IMG/VR virus record: IMGVR_UViG_3300029953_000021
DNA: 64,000 nt
Reading direction: 5' to 3' (one strand)
Source of the DNA: an uncultured virus (IMG/VR IMGVR_UViG_3300029953_000021)
Lineage: Duplodnaviria; Heunggongvirae; Uroviricota; Caudoviricetes; Schitoviridae
Part shown: positions 47,780-56,888 of the stretch, one piece after another
Layout: each line of letters opens with the position of its first letter
How positions within the stretch are numbered: the stretch's first letter is position 1
Program-made: the position numbers and the translations under genes
Notes under the pieces: model-generated
Databases searched by the model: none
What the model was told of the DNA's origin: nothing
The model's input: only the letters and a program-made list of their open reading frames with translations

Positions 47780-48493
47780 GTGACGCTTGCTGAACTCTTT
47801 GAAATGCTCTCGTATGACGAGTTGCAGAACCTTTCGATCTCGGCCGAGGGAAATGGCGGGATCATTGCGTCTGCTCAGCCCAGGATCGTCAATTACCTCA
47901 ACGAAGCGCTGCTGAAGCTCTATTCCAGGTTCGTTTTGAAGGAAAACGACATTCTCGTGCAAATGTTCGACTCGGTGACGTTTTATCACCTGATTCCACC
48001 GTTTGCCGTGACTTTCGTCCCTGGAGTTGGGCAAGACAATGAGCGTGTCCGATACATCCTGGACCTGCCGGATGAGCCTTTTACGGGCGGAATTATCAAG
48101 ATTTTGTCGGTTTTCAACAGTGAAGACGCTCTTGAGCTGCCTTTGAATGATGAAAGCGAGCGTTTCTCGGTTTTCACGCCCCAAGCACACGTTTTGCAGG
48201 TTCCAAATCCCATCCATGGTCGCGTTCTCAATGTTCGCTACCAGCAACGCCATGATAAAATTCAAGGCGAATTGGATGAAAACATTTGGATTCCCGATGT
48301 ATTGCTTGGGGCGCTGACTTCGTACATCGCCTACAAGGTCTTTAGCCATATAAATACTGTGCCCAGCACGGCTAAGTCCCAAGAGTTCATGGCGACTTAC
48401 GAGGCGTTTTGTACTGAGGTCGTCGATCGGGATCTCGTGAATTCGAGCATCTCCCAGTCAAACCTTCGATTTGGAAGAGGAGGATGGCGATAA
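47780..48493 (+). CDS. Head-tail adaptor (N4 gp67-like)
   Basis: LSYDELQNLSI, NEALLKLYSRF, ELPLND, C-terminal RFGRGGW. Confidence 0.8.
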   Translation: MTLAELFEMLSYDELQNLSISAEGNGGIIASAQPRIVNYLNEALLKLYSRFVLKENDILVQMFDSVTFYHLIPPFAVTFVPGVGQDNERVRYILDLPDEPFTGGIIKILSVFNSEDALELPLNDESERFSVFTPQAHVLQVPNPIHGRVLNVRYQQRHDKIQGELDENIWIPDVLLGALTSYIAYKVFSHINTVPSTAKSQEFMATYEAFCTEVVDRDLVNSSISQSNLRFGRGGWR

Positions 48494-48723
48494 TGGGATG
48501 CCGATGCACGCTGGACTACTACGGCTCGAACTTTGCCCCGCTTGTGGACAAGCAGATCGGCACTGCGTTCTGGACCGTGAAGTGTGTCCACGACAATCTT
48601 GAGAACATCGCCTACGTCGTCACCAATATGGAAGCGATCATCACGCTGGCGACCCAGGTGACGACGCTCCAGACGCAGGTTGCAGCGCTTCAGGCACAGG
48701 TTGCCGCTCTGACGCCTCACTAA
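48493..48723 (+). CDS. Short tail-appendage anchor protein with coiled coil
   Basis: LVDKQIGTAFWTVKCVHDNL resembles the N-terminus of N4-like fibres; heptads QVTTLQTQVAALQAQVAAL. Confidence 0.65.
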   Translation: MGCRCTLDYYGSNFAPLVDKQIGTAFWTVKCVHDNLENIAYVVTNMEAIITLATQVTTLQTQVAALQAQVAALTPH

Positions 48724-48726
48724 GTC

Positions 48727-49080
48727 GTGGGAATCCTCGCCTTCGTTCCGTTTGCGACGTTCCTTCAGCTCAATCCGCTGAAGAACCACTCCAGTCGCGT
48801 GATCATCCCGAACTTGATTTTCGGGTTGAGCGTCGCTGATGCGTTTTTGCAGACGATAAGCGGGACGAGCCTGGATATTTCAGTGTCCGATGGGACGCTT
48901 GAGACCATTTCGAGTGCAACACTCGAGCTGAGCGGCACCACGCTGACTTTCACCTCGCTTGCAGTCGGTAGCACCTTCGACATGACCTTCACGGTGACCA
49001 ATTCCGGCACCGTGGATCTCATCCTTTCTTCACTTACAGCCACTGGTGACTTCTCGGTCACTTACATCGCGAGGGACTGA
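48727..49080 (+). CDS. Protein ending in the N-terminal half of an ASH/choice-of-anchor-D Ig domain
   Basis: TLTFTSLAVGSTFDMTFTVTNSGTVDLILSSLTATGDFSV; start uncertain. Confidence 0.6.
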   Translation: MGILAFVPFATFLQLNPLKNHSSRVIIPNLIFGLSVADAFLQTISGTSLDISVSDGTLETISSATLELSGTTLTFTSLAVGSTFDMTFTVTNSGTVDLILSSLTATGDFSVTYIARD

Positions 49081-49083
49081 ACG

Positions 49084-49500
49084 ATGGCTAATGCAGTTTA
49101 CCCGAGTTTTCGAACCAAGCTCCTCTCGCCGGGCATCAACCTTGCGACGGTGACCATCAAGGCGATCGGCGTCACGGTGACGTCGGGTTCGACGAACTAT
49201 ACTTACAATGCTGCTCATGCGAACCTGTCGGACATCGCTTCGGGCTCCATCTTCGTTCCGGCTGTCGCTCTCAGTTCGCTGGCGGTCGCTTCCCAGGCGC
49301 TCACTGCGGCTTCTGTCGTGTTCCCCTCGGTGGCCATTTCTGGTTCCCTCAAGGTCGATGCGATCATCCTCTACATCGACACGGGCACGCCCAGCACCTC
49401 GACGCTGATCGGTTACATCGACACGGCGACGGGTCTTCCGGCCACTCCCACCGGGCAGAACATCACGCTCAACTGGTCCGGCGCCGTTCTGACGGATTGA
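49084..49500 (+). CDS. Small virion structural protein
   Basis: MANAVYP, AIILYIDTG...LIGYID..GLPATPTGQNITLNW, a pattern seen in phage tail-associated proteins. Confidence 0.7.
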   Translation: MANAVYPSFRTKLLSPGINLATVTIKAIGVTVTSGSTNYTYNAAHANLSDIASGSIFVPAVALSSLAVASQALTAASVVFPSVAISGSLKVDAIILYIDTGTPSTSTLIGYIDTATGLPATPTGQNITLNWSGAVLTD

Positions 49501-49510
49501 GGCTGAGTCA

Positions 49511-51814
49511 ATGACCGCACCCTCTGTCGTCAGTGAGGCTTATTTTCCCTGGACGGGCGCTTATCCGCTCGCTTCATCGAATTCCTATGACTCGACTGGC
49601 ACAGATGGCCTGATCGTTTTCTTCTTCTCGGCTACGGGTACTTCGTTCGTCCCGGTCGCCACTTATGGTGGCGTGACTGGCACGCTTATTGGCCAAAATA
49701 CGGTTCCGGCTCAGACTTCGGCCGGGACGCTCTGGGCTTGGTCGTTCCGCGGATATACGCCAGGTGCGGGCACCCTCCTGATCTCGTCGTCGACGAACTA
49801 TGCTGACTCGGGTTGTTGCTATGTCGTCGGGCTCACCGGCACGCAAAGCTCGATGCTGGGCAATTCCAGCATTGTGGTCTCCGGAACTCCCTCGGGAAGC
49901 GCCTCGATCACGGCCGCTGGAGCCAACAGCACCTTCATTGGACTGGCGGCGAGCTGTCAGGCTCCTGGCGTCACTGGTTCGGGCTCGCCCGCTCCCACGC
50001 TGCTCGAATCCAACACCACAGCCACAAACAACCTGGGCAATGTCTACTCGCAGGCGAGTGTAAGTTCTGGCGCAACGGTTTCGATCTCGTCGAGCGCCGC
50101 TTACAACTACACAGCGGCTGCTGTTGTCGAGGTTTTGGGCGCTTCGAGCGGTCCAAGCATCACTTCTGGCCCCCTTTCGCTCTCGACGAGCTTGGGTGCG
50201 GCAACTGTGCGTGTGCCCCCTGTTGTCACGGCTGCCCCCCTCTCGCTGAGTGTTTCCCTTGGTTCGGAAACTCTCGTCGTCACGCCCATTCCTCCGAGCA
50301 TTTTGGCTGGGCCTCTCGCTCTGACGATCAGCGAAGGTGGCATCGTCGTCACTTTCCCGAATTCGATCACGGCTCCGCCGCTGGTTTTGTCTTTGGGGCT
50401 GGGCGCTGCAAGCGTCGGCTCCCCGGTCTCGATCACGGCTGGTCCCTTGCCGCTGACGATCGCTCTGGGCAGCGAAACTGTCGGGATTGCAGCCACTCTG
50501 ACGACGCCGATCACCATTCCGGCAGGTGGCAGCGTCACGGTCACGGTTCGCTTCACGCCTACGGTTGCAGGATCTCGCACCGGGGCTCTGTCGATCGTCT
50601 CGAATGCGGCTTCCAGCCCGAATACTGTGGCCCTCACAGGCACAGCTGTGGCGAGTGGATCGGCTCCCCTGTCCAGGCTTTCGATCTCCGGAAACCAGTT
50701 CGTCGACTCCAGCGGCAACAAAGTGCGCCTGAAGAGCGTCAATTGGTTCGGTGGCGAGAGCACGAATTACATTCCTCATGGGAACTGGATCCGTCGCTAC
50801 ACCGACATGCTCTCCCAGATGAAGACGATGGGCTTCAACTGCATTCGCTTGGCGTTCTCAGGAGACACTTGCTCTCCCGGTCGGACTCCTCCGGGCACGG
50901 CTTTCGACGCCACGCTGAACCCCGAATTTGTCGGGCAAACCTCGCTTCAGATCTACGATCTGATCATCGCTTGGTGTCAAGCGAACTCGATGTACGTCGT
51001 GCTCGATCATCACCGTTGCTCGGCAGGCGCTGGAACTGACACAGGCATCGTTGCTCCCTATTCCACGACGCAATGGCAGGCAGACTGGGTGCTCTTGGCC
51101 ACTCGATACGCTGCGAACACCTGCGTTGTCGGCGCCGACGTGCATAACGAGCCCTACGTCTACACCTGGCTCGAATGGAAAGCCCTTGTCGAGCCTCTGG
51201 GCAACGCAATCCTCGCTGCTGCTCCTGCCTGGCTCATCTTCGTGGAGGGCGTTGGCGCCTTCACGGGCACGTCCAATGGTGTCACCTACGACAACGACAA
51301 TACCTGGTGGGGTGGCCAGCTCATGGATGTCGCCAACAATCCGATCACGCTCTCAGTGCCGCACAAAGTCGTCTATTCGCCCCATGAGTATGGTCAGAGC
51401 GTCGGTTCGCAGGCTTGGTTGTCGACCGATAGCTCGCCTGTCACTGGTTACCCGGCCGGGATCTACACTGAGATCCACAAGCACTGGGGCTACATCTACG
51501 AGCAGGGCATTGCCCCGATCTGGGTGGGCGAAATGGGCGGCAAATTCGGGCTTGACGGCTCTGGAGGCGCAACTCAGCCGAATGGCGATGTTGAGACGGT
51601 CTGGATGAGCACCGTGATCAAGGTTCTCAACGGTGACTTCGCCGGAACGGGAACCAGTCAGGACACAGCGGGCAACAAGGGCATGTCGGCTTGCTATTGG
51701 GCCTATCCGCCCATCTCCGGTGACACTGGTGGTCTCGTTCAAGACGACTGGACCACGCCTCAGGCACCGAAACTCGCCGTTTTGGCGCCCTTTCTCACGT
51801 TCACGGGGACCTAA
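49511..51814 (+). CDS. Modular protein with C-terminal GH5 endoglucanase (Acidothermus E1-like)
   Basis: VNWFGGES..PHGNW, GFNCIRLAFS, LDHH, DVHNEP (E547), YSPHEYG, PIWVGEMGG (E674), SGDTGGLVQDDW; five ~22-aa repeats and a half ASH domain upstream; no signal peptide. Confidence 0.92.
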   Translation: MTAPSVVSEAYFPWTGAYPLASSNSYDSTGTDGLIVFFFSATGTSFVPVATYGGVTGTLIGQNTVPAQTSAGTLWAWSFRGYTPGAGTLLISSSTNYADSGCCYVVGLTGTQSSMLGNSSIVVSGTPSGSASITAAGANSTFIGLAASCQAPGVTGSGSPAPTLLESNTTATNNLGNVYSQASVSSGATVSISSSAAYNYTAAAVVEVLGASSGPSITSGPLSLSTSLGAATVRVPPVVTAAPLSLSVSLGSETLVVTPIPPSILAGPLALTISEGGIVVTFPNSITAPPLVLSLGLGAASVGSPVSITAGPLPLTIALGSETVGIAATLTTPITIPAGGSVTVTVRFTPTVAGSRTGALSIVSNAASSPNTVALTGTAVASGSAPLSRLSISGNQFVDSSGNKVRLKSVNWFGGESTNYIPHGNWIRRYTDMLSQMKTMGFNCIRLAFSGDTCSPGRTPPGTAFDATLNPEFVGQTSLQIYDLIIAWCQANSMYVVLDHHRCSAGAGTDTGIVAPYSTTQWQADWVLLATRYAANTCVVGADVHNEPYVYTWLEWKALVEPLGNAILAAAPAWLIFVEGVGAFTGTSNGVTYDNDNTWWGGQLMDVANNPITLSVPHKVVYSPHEYGQSVGSQAWLSTDSSPVTGYPAGIYTEIHKHWGYIYEQGIAPIWVGEMGGKFGLDGSGGATQPNGDVETVWMSTVIKVLNGDFAGTGTSQDTAGNKGMSACYWAYPPISGDTGGLVQDDWTTPQAPKLAVLAPFLTFTGT

Positions 51815-52158
51815 TGGCACAAGAGGCCGTTTTCGTTGTCACTCTCTCGCCGGCTTCGTCGTCTCCACAGACGGTGAACTTCACTACTCGCGACGGAACA
51901 GCCTCCGCGGCGAACGGTGACTACACAGCTGTGAGCGGAACTCTGACTTTCGCACCCGGAGTGACCACTCAGCAGGTCATTGTCCCGGTTCGTCTTCCTC
52001 TTCCGACCGGACATGCTTCGGAATTGTTCTACGTCGACGTGAGTTGGCCGACTGGATCGGGAAATACGACTACTCGTGGCACCGGGATCGGCACACTTCC
52101 AGGGGCTGGGCTCACTGTCTTGCCGGTCGTCTCCATCAACAATGTTTCGGTGTCCTGA
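51814..52158 (+). CDS. Stand-alone Calx-beta domain protein
   Basis: FVVTLSPASSSPQTVNFTTRDGTA..GDYTAVSGTLTFAPGVTTQQVIVPV. Confidence 0.85.
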   Translation: MAQEAVFVVTLSPASSSPQTVNFTTRDGTASAANGDYTAVSGTLTFAPGVTTQQVIVPVRLPLPTGHASELFYVDVSWPTGSGNTTTRGTGIGTLPGAGLTVLPVVSINNVSVS

Positions 52159-52161
52159 CCT

Positions 52162-54624
52162 ATGACCATTTCCACGACTCGTAAGATCTCGTTCCTCGTC
52201 ACGCTCAATGAGGCCAGCGCTCAGACTGCGACGGTCGATTACACGACTGTCTCTGGCACTGCGATTGCCGGCACTGACTTCGGAGCTGTCTCGGGGACGC
52301 TGACTTTCGCACCTGGCGTCACTTCGCAGGGGATCGACGTCTATCTGGGCACGGCTTCCACAGGTGGCCTGGTGTTCCAAGTGGCGCTCTCGAACCCGGT
52401 GAATTGCACCCTTGGTTCGGGCGGAGGCCAAGGCACGATCGGGATCTCGGTCGTTCCTCCCTATTTGTCGCGTTTCAACTATATGTACGCGGCCATCAAA
52501 AACACTGCGAATGGGTATTTTGGTCCCCCGACAGGGCCGAAAGCCTTCCAGATGCCTTATCATTGCCCGGAAAAGCTCATCGCCGAGGCTCCCGACTATG
52601 GCCACGAGAGCGTCTCCGAGACGATCTCTTTCTGGGTCGGACTTGAGACTTGGCAGGGTGTGCTGAACAGCGACTGGACTGGCTACACGGCTTGCTGGAA
52701 TTCGATCACCTCGAACTACATCCCGAGTGCTACGAACCAGCCGATCAGCGCCTATTTGCCTGCGGCGCCGGCGACGTATCAGCCCGAAGAGGATTTGCCG
52801 AGTCTCTATCCGGTGACCAGCGTTGTAAGTGCCCCGGTCGGCACTGATGGGCTCTATGCCGAACTTCTGGCTACCTACGGCACCCCCACGATCTTCCTCA
52901 TGCACTGGCTGATCGATGTCGATGGAGCCTTTGGCTTCTACAATGGCGACACATCGACGCTCGGCACCTACATCAACAACTTCCAGCGTGGAATGATGGA
53001 GAGCACGTTCCTCACCATTACCTTCCCCTGCTGGGACGATTGGCACTTTGGCGGCCCCTACGGCTATTTGCCCCTCTATGGGACGGGAACCGAGCTCTAT
53101 CCGAGCGCTCCCTTCGCTTACGGCAAGCAGTGGCGCTACACCTGTGCGCCTGATGCCGAGGGCCGGGCTCTCCAGTGGGCGTTCCGAGCCACGGACATGA
53201 CTGCGAGTGCTCCTCCCGCAGCTGTGACCGCTGTTGAGACAACTGCTCGGAAGATGGGCGACTATCTCCGCTACGCCACGATGGACAAGTATTTCCGGCA
53301 GATCGGCAACAATCAGGTCGGTTCGACGGTCAGCGCTCCCAAAACGGCCTGTCACTACCTCATCTCTTGGTACATGAGCTGGGGCGGCGAGATCCCTGCA
53401 ACGGGTGTTCCGGCATCCTGGTCCTTCCGTATTGGTTCCAGCGAATGCCATTTCGGTTATCAGGCGCCCAATGCGGCCTACCAGATGGCCACGGGTGGCG
53501 GAGGTCACACGCCTTTGTCGCCGACAGCTGCTGGAGACTGGCTGCTCTCGCTCACTCGTCAGCTGGAGATGATCCGTTGGCTTCAGACTGAACAGGGCTT
53601 TATCGCCGGTGGTGTCTCGAATTCGGTCGATGGCCGCTATTTGACGCCTCTGACGGGGCTTTCTGCCCCCAATGAGGTCAATTATCCCCGAGACGGTCGT
53701 GAAGTGGCGACTTTCTATGGGATGACTTACACTTACAGCCCGGTCTGGCATAACCCGCCCTCGAACAACTGGTTCGGCTACCAGGTGTGGGGTATCGGTC
53801 GTGTCGCTGAGCTCTTCCACACGACTGCGGGCAAGACGAGCACCCTTGCTCTCTCGATCCAGACCAATCTTCAAGTTATCCTGGATCGCTGGGTCAATTG
53901 CGTGCTCGCAAATTGCACGGTCGCCTCGGATGGCAGCTCGTTCTCGCTTCCGAGCAACCTCTCGTGGGTGAGCAGCACCCAAGTTGTCGGCGAGACGACC
54001 ACTGTCGCCAATCTCGAAGGCGACTTCGAGTACCTGCCTAGCCTGAATTGGCCCGGTACGTCCCCGAATTATGCGACTTTCTGGAGCGCTGGATCGGTCC
54101 CGAACCCGAATTTGCAGTTCACGATCACCTCGACGGGTGAGGATCTTGGTGTTGCTGGTTCGCTGGCGTCTACACTTCTTCTGTACGCCCAAGCGAAACG
54201 CAATCTGGGTCTCTTCACGACGCCGATCCCCGGCACACCCAATGGCAAGACGCCAAACGATTGTTATCTGCTGGCCAAAGCGCTCTTGGACTGCATCTGG
54301 ACCAATTACAAAGCCTCTATGGGCGTCGAGGTCTCGGAGCCCCGAGCTGACTACGTGCAGTACGGCAATCCGATCTACATCCCATCGATCTTCACGGGCA
54401 CGACGGGCACTGGAGATCCGATCAACGCCGAGTCCACCTTCGTCTCGGTGCGTTCGTTCATGGAAAGCGATCCTGGCTACGCACAGATCGCTGCCTACCA
54501 TGCCAATCCGACGACTGCCCCGGTTCCGGTGTTCACTTATCATCGGTTCTGGGCTCAGACGGAATACGCCATGGGTTGCGCCGTCATGCACAAGTATTTC
54601 TCTGACTTAGCCGAGGCTGCATAG
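52162..54624 (+). CDS. Calx-beta + GH48 cellulase
   Basis: PYH..EKLIAEAPDYGHESVSE (E142/E153), MHWLIDVD, NNFQRG, QWRYTCAPDAEGRA (D331), KMGDYLRY..DKYF, HYLISWY, HFGYQ, PPSNNWFGYQ, YHRFWAQ. Confidence 0.93.
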   Translation: MTISTTRKISFLVTLNEASAQTATVDYTTVSGTAIAGTDFGAVSGTLTFAPGVTSQGIDVYLGTASTGGLVFQVALSNPVNCTLGSGGGQGTIGISVVPPYLSRFNYMYAAIKNTANGYFGPPTGPKAFQMPYHCPEKLIAEAPDYGHESVSETISFWVGLETWQGVLNSDWTGYTACWNSITSNYIPSATNQPISAYLPAAPATYQPEEDLPSLYPVTSVVSAPVGTDGLYAELLATYGTPTIFLMHWLIDVDGAFGFYNGDTSTLGTYINNFQRGMMESTFLTITFPCWDDWHFGGPYGYLPLYGTGTELYPSAPFAYGKQWRYTCAPDAEGRALQWAFRATDMTASAPPAAVTAVETTARKMGDYLRYATMDKYFRQIGNNQVGSTVSAPKTACHYLISWYMSWGGEIPATGVPASWSFRIGSSECHFGYQAPNAAYQMATGGGGHTPLSPTAAGDWLLSLTRQLEMIRWLQTEQGFIAGGVSNSVDGRYLTPLTGLSAPNEVNYPRDGREVATFYGMTYTYSPVWHNPPSNNWFGYQVWGIGRVAELFHTTAGKTSTLALSIQTNLQVILDRWVNCVLANCTVASDGSSFSLPSNLSWVSSTQVVGETTTVANLEGDFEYLPSLNWPGTSPNYATFWSAGSVPNPNLQFTITSTGEDLGVAGSLASTLLLYAQAKRNLGLFTTPIPGTPNGKTPNDCYLLAKALLDCIWTNYKASMGVEVSEPRADYVQYGNPIYIPSIFTGTTGTGDPINAESTFVSVRSFMESDPGYAQIAAYHANPTTAPVPVFTYHRFWAQTEYAMGCAVMHKYFSDLAEAA

Positions 54625-54631
54625 AACTATA

Positions 54632-54675
54632 TAGGAGGAAAGCCTTGTGTTTTCCTCCTACTTACGTTTGCTTTA
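54632..54675 (+). repeat. Left inverted repeat of the tail-fibre cassette
   Basis: TAGGAGGAA-N11-TTCCTCCTA-CTTACGTTTGCTTTA. Confidence 0.75.
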
Positions 54676-54730
54676 CTTAAATCACTACTTGACGTGAAAG
54701 AAATCAGCTATAAACCCCGATTAACGGGGG

Positions 54731-55096
54731 TTGGCCGACTTGACCAAAATTGAATTGAAGGCCGGCAGCACGTTCAGTTATGCGGGCACAGTATCCAATC
54801 TGGACGCCTCAACTGCGTGGAGTGCTCTCTCGACGCTGCGAAATAAGACTACGAAGGCTGAGATTACGCCTGGAATCATTGTCACCTTGGCGAAAGCCTC
54901 GGATTTCTCTTCGACCCAGAATTGGGTGATCACGCTGTTTGCGCCTTCGGTCTCAACGACTGGATGGCTTGCTCAGCTGCTCAGCGCCAAGGGTGAAGCC
55001 GAGTTTGACATCAAGTTCTTCAATACGGCGGCTCCTGATCCCGTCATCAAGTCGGATACGGTCGATCTGAAGATCTGTCCGGCAGTCAGTCAGTGA
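54731..55096 (+). CDS. Baseplate/tail-associated protein
   Basis: IELKAGSTF...AEFDIKF...IKSDTVDLKI, BppU-like pattern. Confidence 0.6.
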   Translation: MADLTKIELKAGSTFSYAGTVSNLDASTAWSALSTLRNKTTKAEITPGIIVTLAKASDFSSTQNWVITLFAPSVSTTGWLAQLLSAKGEAEFDIKFFNTAAPDPVIKSDTVDLKICPAVSQ

Positions 55097-55590
55097 CGCT
55101 CTCGCTTCAGCCAACATCTACAGCAATTGGGGTCACTCTTGCTGTGCAAGATGTGGTTCCTCCTGTAGTATTGCTCAAGTTGGTGTCGTCTCCGAGCATT
55201 GCTCTCACCGAGCAAGATGCTTCTACACCCTTTGCATTGACTCTTGGGACAGGTGATACGCCCCCCAGTGTCAGTCTGTCTCCACAGGACACGAAGACTC
55301 CTGTCCCCATAACCTTCGCTTCTGATGCGTCTACGGTCTCACTAGCAGTTCAAGCTCTAATGAGAGGCCCCCAGGGTGCCTCCGGTGGATTATCGAACGT
55401 AGATGAGTTCGTCGCGACAGTAGGTGGTACCCAGACTAGGACCTATGAGACGGCTCCGTCGGCTTCAACGATGGTGTTTATCAACGGTCTACGACAGTCA
55501 GGTTCATCGTTCTCGATAACGAATACCTCAATCACGTTGCCAAGTACCCTGAATATCGAAATCGGTGACCTGATTCAGGTCGAGTATTAA
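55093..55590 (+). CDS. Tail-associated protein
   Basis: RGPQGASG then VFINGLRQ...GDLIQVEY module, also present at the C-terminus of the next gene. Confidence 0.65.
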   Translation: MTLSLQPTSTAIGVTLAVQDVVPPVVLLKLVSSPSIALTEQDASTPFALTLGTGDTPPSVSLSPQDTKTPVPITFASDASTVSLAVQALMRGPQGASGGLSNVDEFVATVGGTQTRTYETAPSASTMVFINGLRQSGSSFSITNTSITLPSTLNIEIGDLIQVEY

Positions 55591-55604
55591 AGGATCAATC
55601 TCAA

Positions 55605-56876
55605 ATGGCTCAGACCCAGATCAATGGCGCTACTCAGATCAAGGCGGGGTCAGTCCCGCTGACTGCCCTCGTTTCTGGATATTCGATCCCGACTGCCAAT
55701 TTGGCCCAGGGCGGGCTTTTCATCCAGAGCGGCGGCTCTGTGGCCATGACTGCGGCCCTCAATATGGGCTCGAACCAGATCAACTCCGTCGCGAACCCCG
55801 TTGTGGCGACCGATGCTGCGAACAAGGCCTATGTCGATGGCTTGGTGAACGGCTTCACGCTGCATGGCGCCAAAGTCGTCTCTGTCGCCAACCAGGGCAC
55901 GCTTTCGGGTCTTCTGACGATCGATGGTCACGTCCTCGTCGCTGGCGATGTGGTTCTCCTCACGGCTCAGACCACGGCTGCGCAGAACGGTCCTTGGGTG
56001 GCTGCGTCTACCGGTTGGACTCGTCCGACCTGGTGGGCTTCGGCTGCGGCGCTTCCCGAGGGCAACTACTTCCTGCTCGATCCCGATGGCACGACCTACA
56101 AGAACACGAAATGGTTCGTGACCACGGCTGGCACGATCACCGTCGATACGACCGCAATTGCCTTTACCCAGGATCAGTCGGGTTCGTCCTATGTCGCCGG
56201 CACCGGTCTTGGCCTCGCTGGTTCGACCTTCTCGGTCACTTACGGCACGACTTCTGGCACGGCGGCTCAGGGTAACGACACCCGCATCACCGGCGCTCTC
56301 CAGACCTCTGCCCTCGGCGCCAGTGTTCAGACGGCTCTTGGCGTGGCTGTGGGCTCCGCTGGTTCGGTTGTACTCAACGGCGGCGCTCTCGGCACTCCTT
56401 CCAGCGCCACGCTTACCAATGCTTCGGGCTTGCCTATCTCGACGGGTGTCTCGGGTCTCGGTGCAGGCGTTGCCACGGCTCTCGCAGTCGCTATCGGCAC
56501 GGGCGCTGGTCTCGCCCAGCTTTCGGGCGGCTTCCTCACGGCGGGTGATTTCCCGGCTCTGACGGGTGACGTGACCACGGTTGCCGGCGCTCTTGCCACG
56601 ACGGTCAATCACACGGCGGGCTCTGGTTTCGCGAAATACACCGACTTTGTGAATGCCGAGACGCCTTCGGGCACTGTGAATGGCTCCAATGCGACGTTCA
56701 CCCTCGCCAATACGCCCACCACTGGGTTCGGCAGCGTTAACACGCTCTCGCTCTACCTCAATGGCGTGCTGCTCGAAGCTGGTTCGGGCAACGATTACAC
56801 GCTCTCGGGCAGCACGATCACGGCTCTTTTGATCCCGCAAACCGGCGACAAGTTGCGCGCTTACTACATGAAGTGA
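55605..56876 (+). CDS. Tail fibre-like protein
   Basis: PVVATDAANKAYVD, TIDGHVLVAGDVVLLTAQT..QNGPW, ETPSGTVNGSNATFTL, LYLNGVL..GNDYT. Confidence 0.8.
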   Translation: MAQTQINGATQIKAGSVPLTALVSGYSIPTANLAQGGLFIQSGGSVAMTAALNMGSNQINSVANPVVATDAANKAYVDGLVNGFTLHGAKVVSVANQGTLSGLLTIDGHVLVAGDVVLLTAQTTAAQNGPWVAASTGWTRPTWWASAAALPEGNYFLLDPDGTTYKNTKWFVTTAGTITVDTTAIAFTQDQSGSSYVAGTGLGLAGSTFSVTYGTTSGTAAQGNDTRITGALQTSALGASVQTALGVAVGSAGSVVLNGGALGTPSSATLTNASGLPISTGVSGLGAGVATALAVAIGTGAGLAQLSGGFLTAGDFPALTGDVTTVAGALATTVNHTAGSGFAKYTDFVNAETPSGTVNGSNATFTLANTPTTGFGSVNTLSLYLNGVLLEAGSGNDYTLSGSTITALLIPQTGDKLRAYYMK

Positions 56877-56888
56877 GGTTGAGTTCGA

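Noticed and set aside
49813..51039. 408-aa alternative-frame plus ORF inside the GH5 gene
   Set aside because: No RBS; Arg/His/Cys-rich off-frame composition
51811..54591. 926-aa minus-strand ORF
   Set aside because: Antisense shadow of the Calx-beta/GH48 genes; Arg-rich with no motifs
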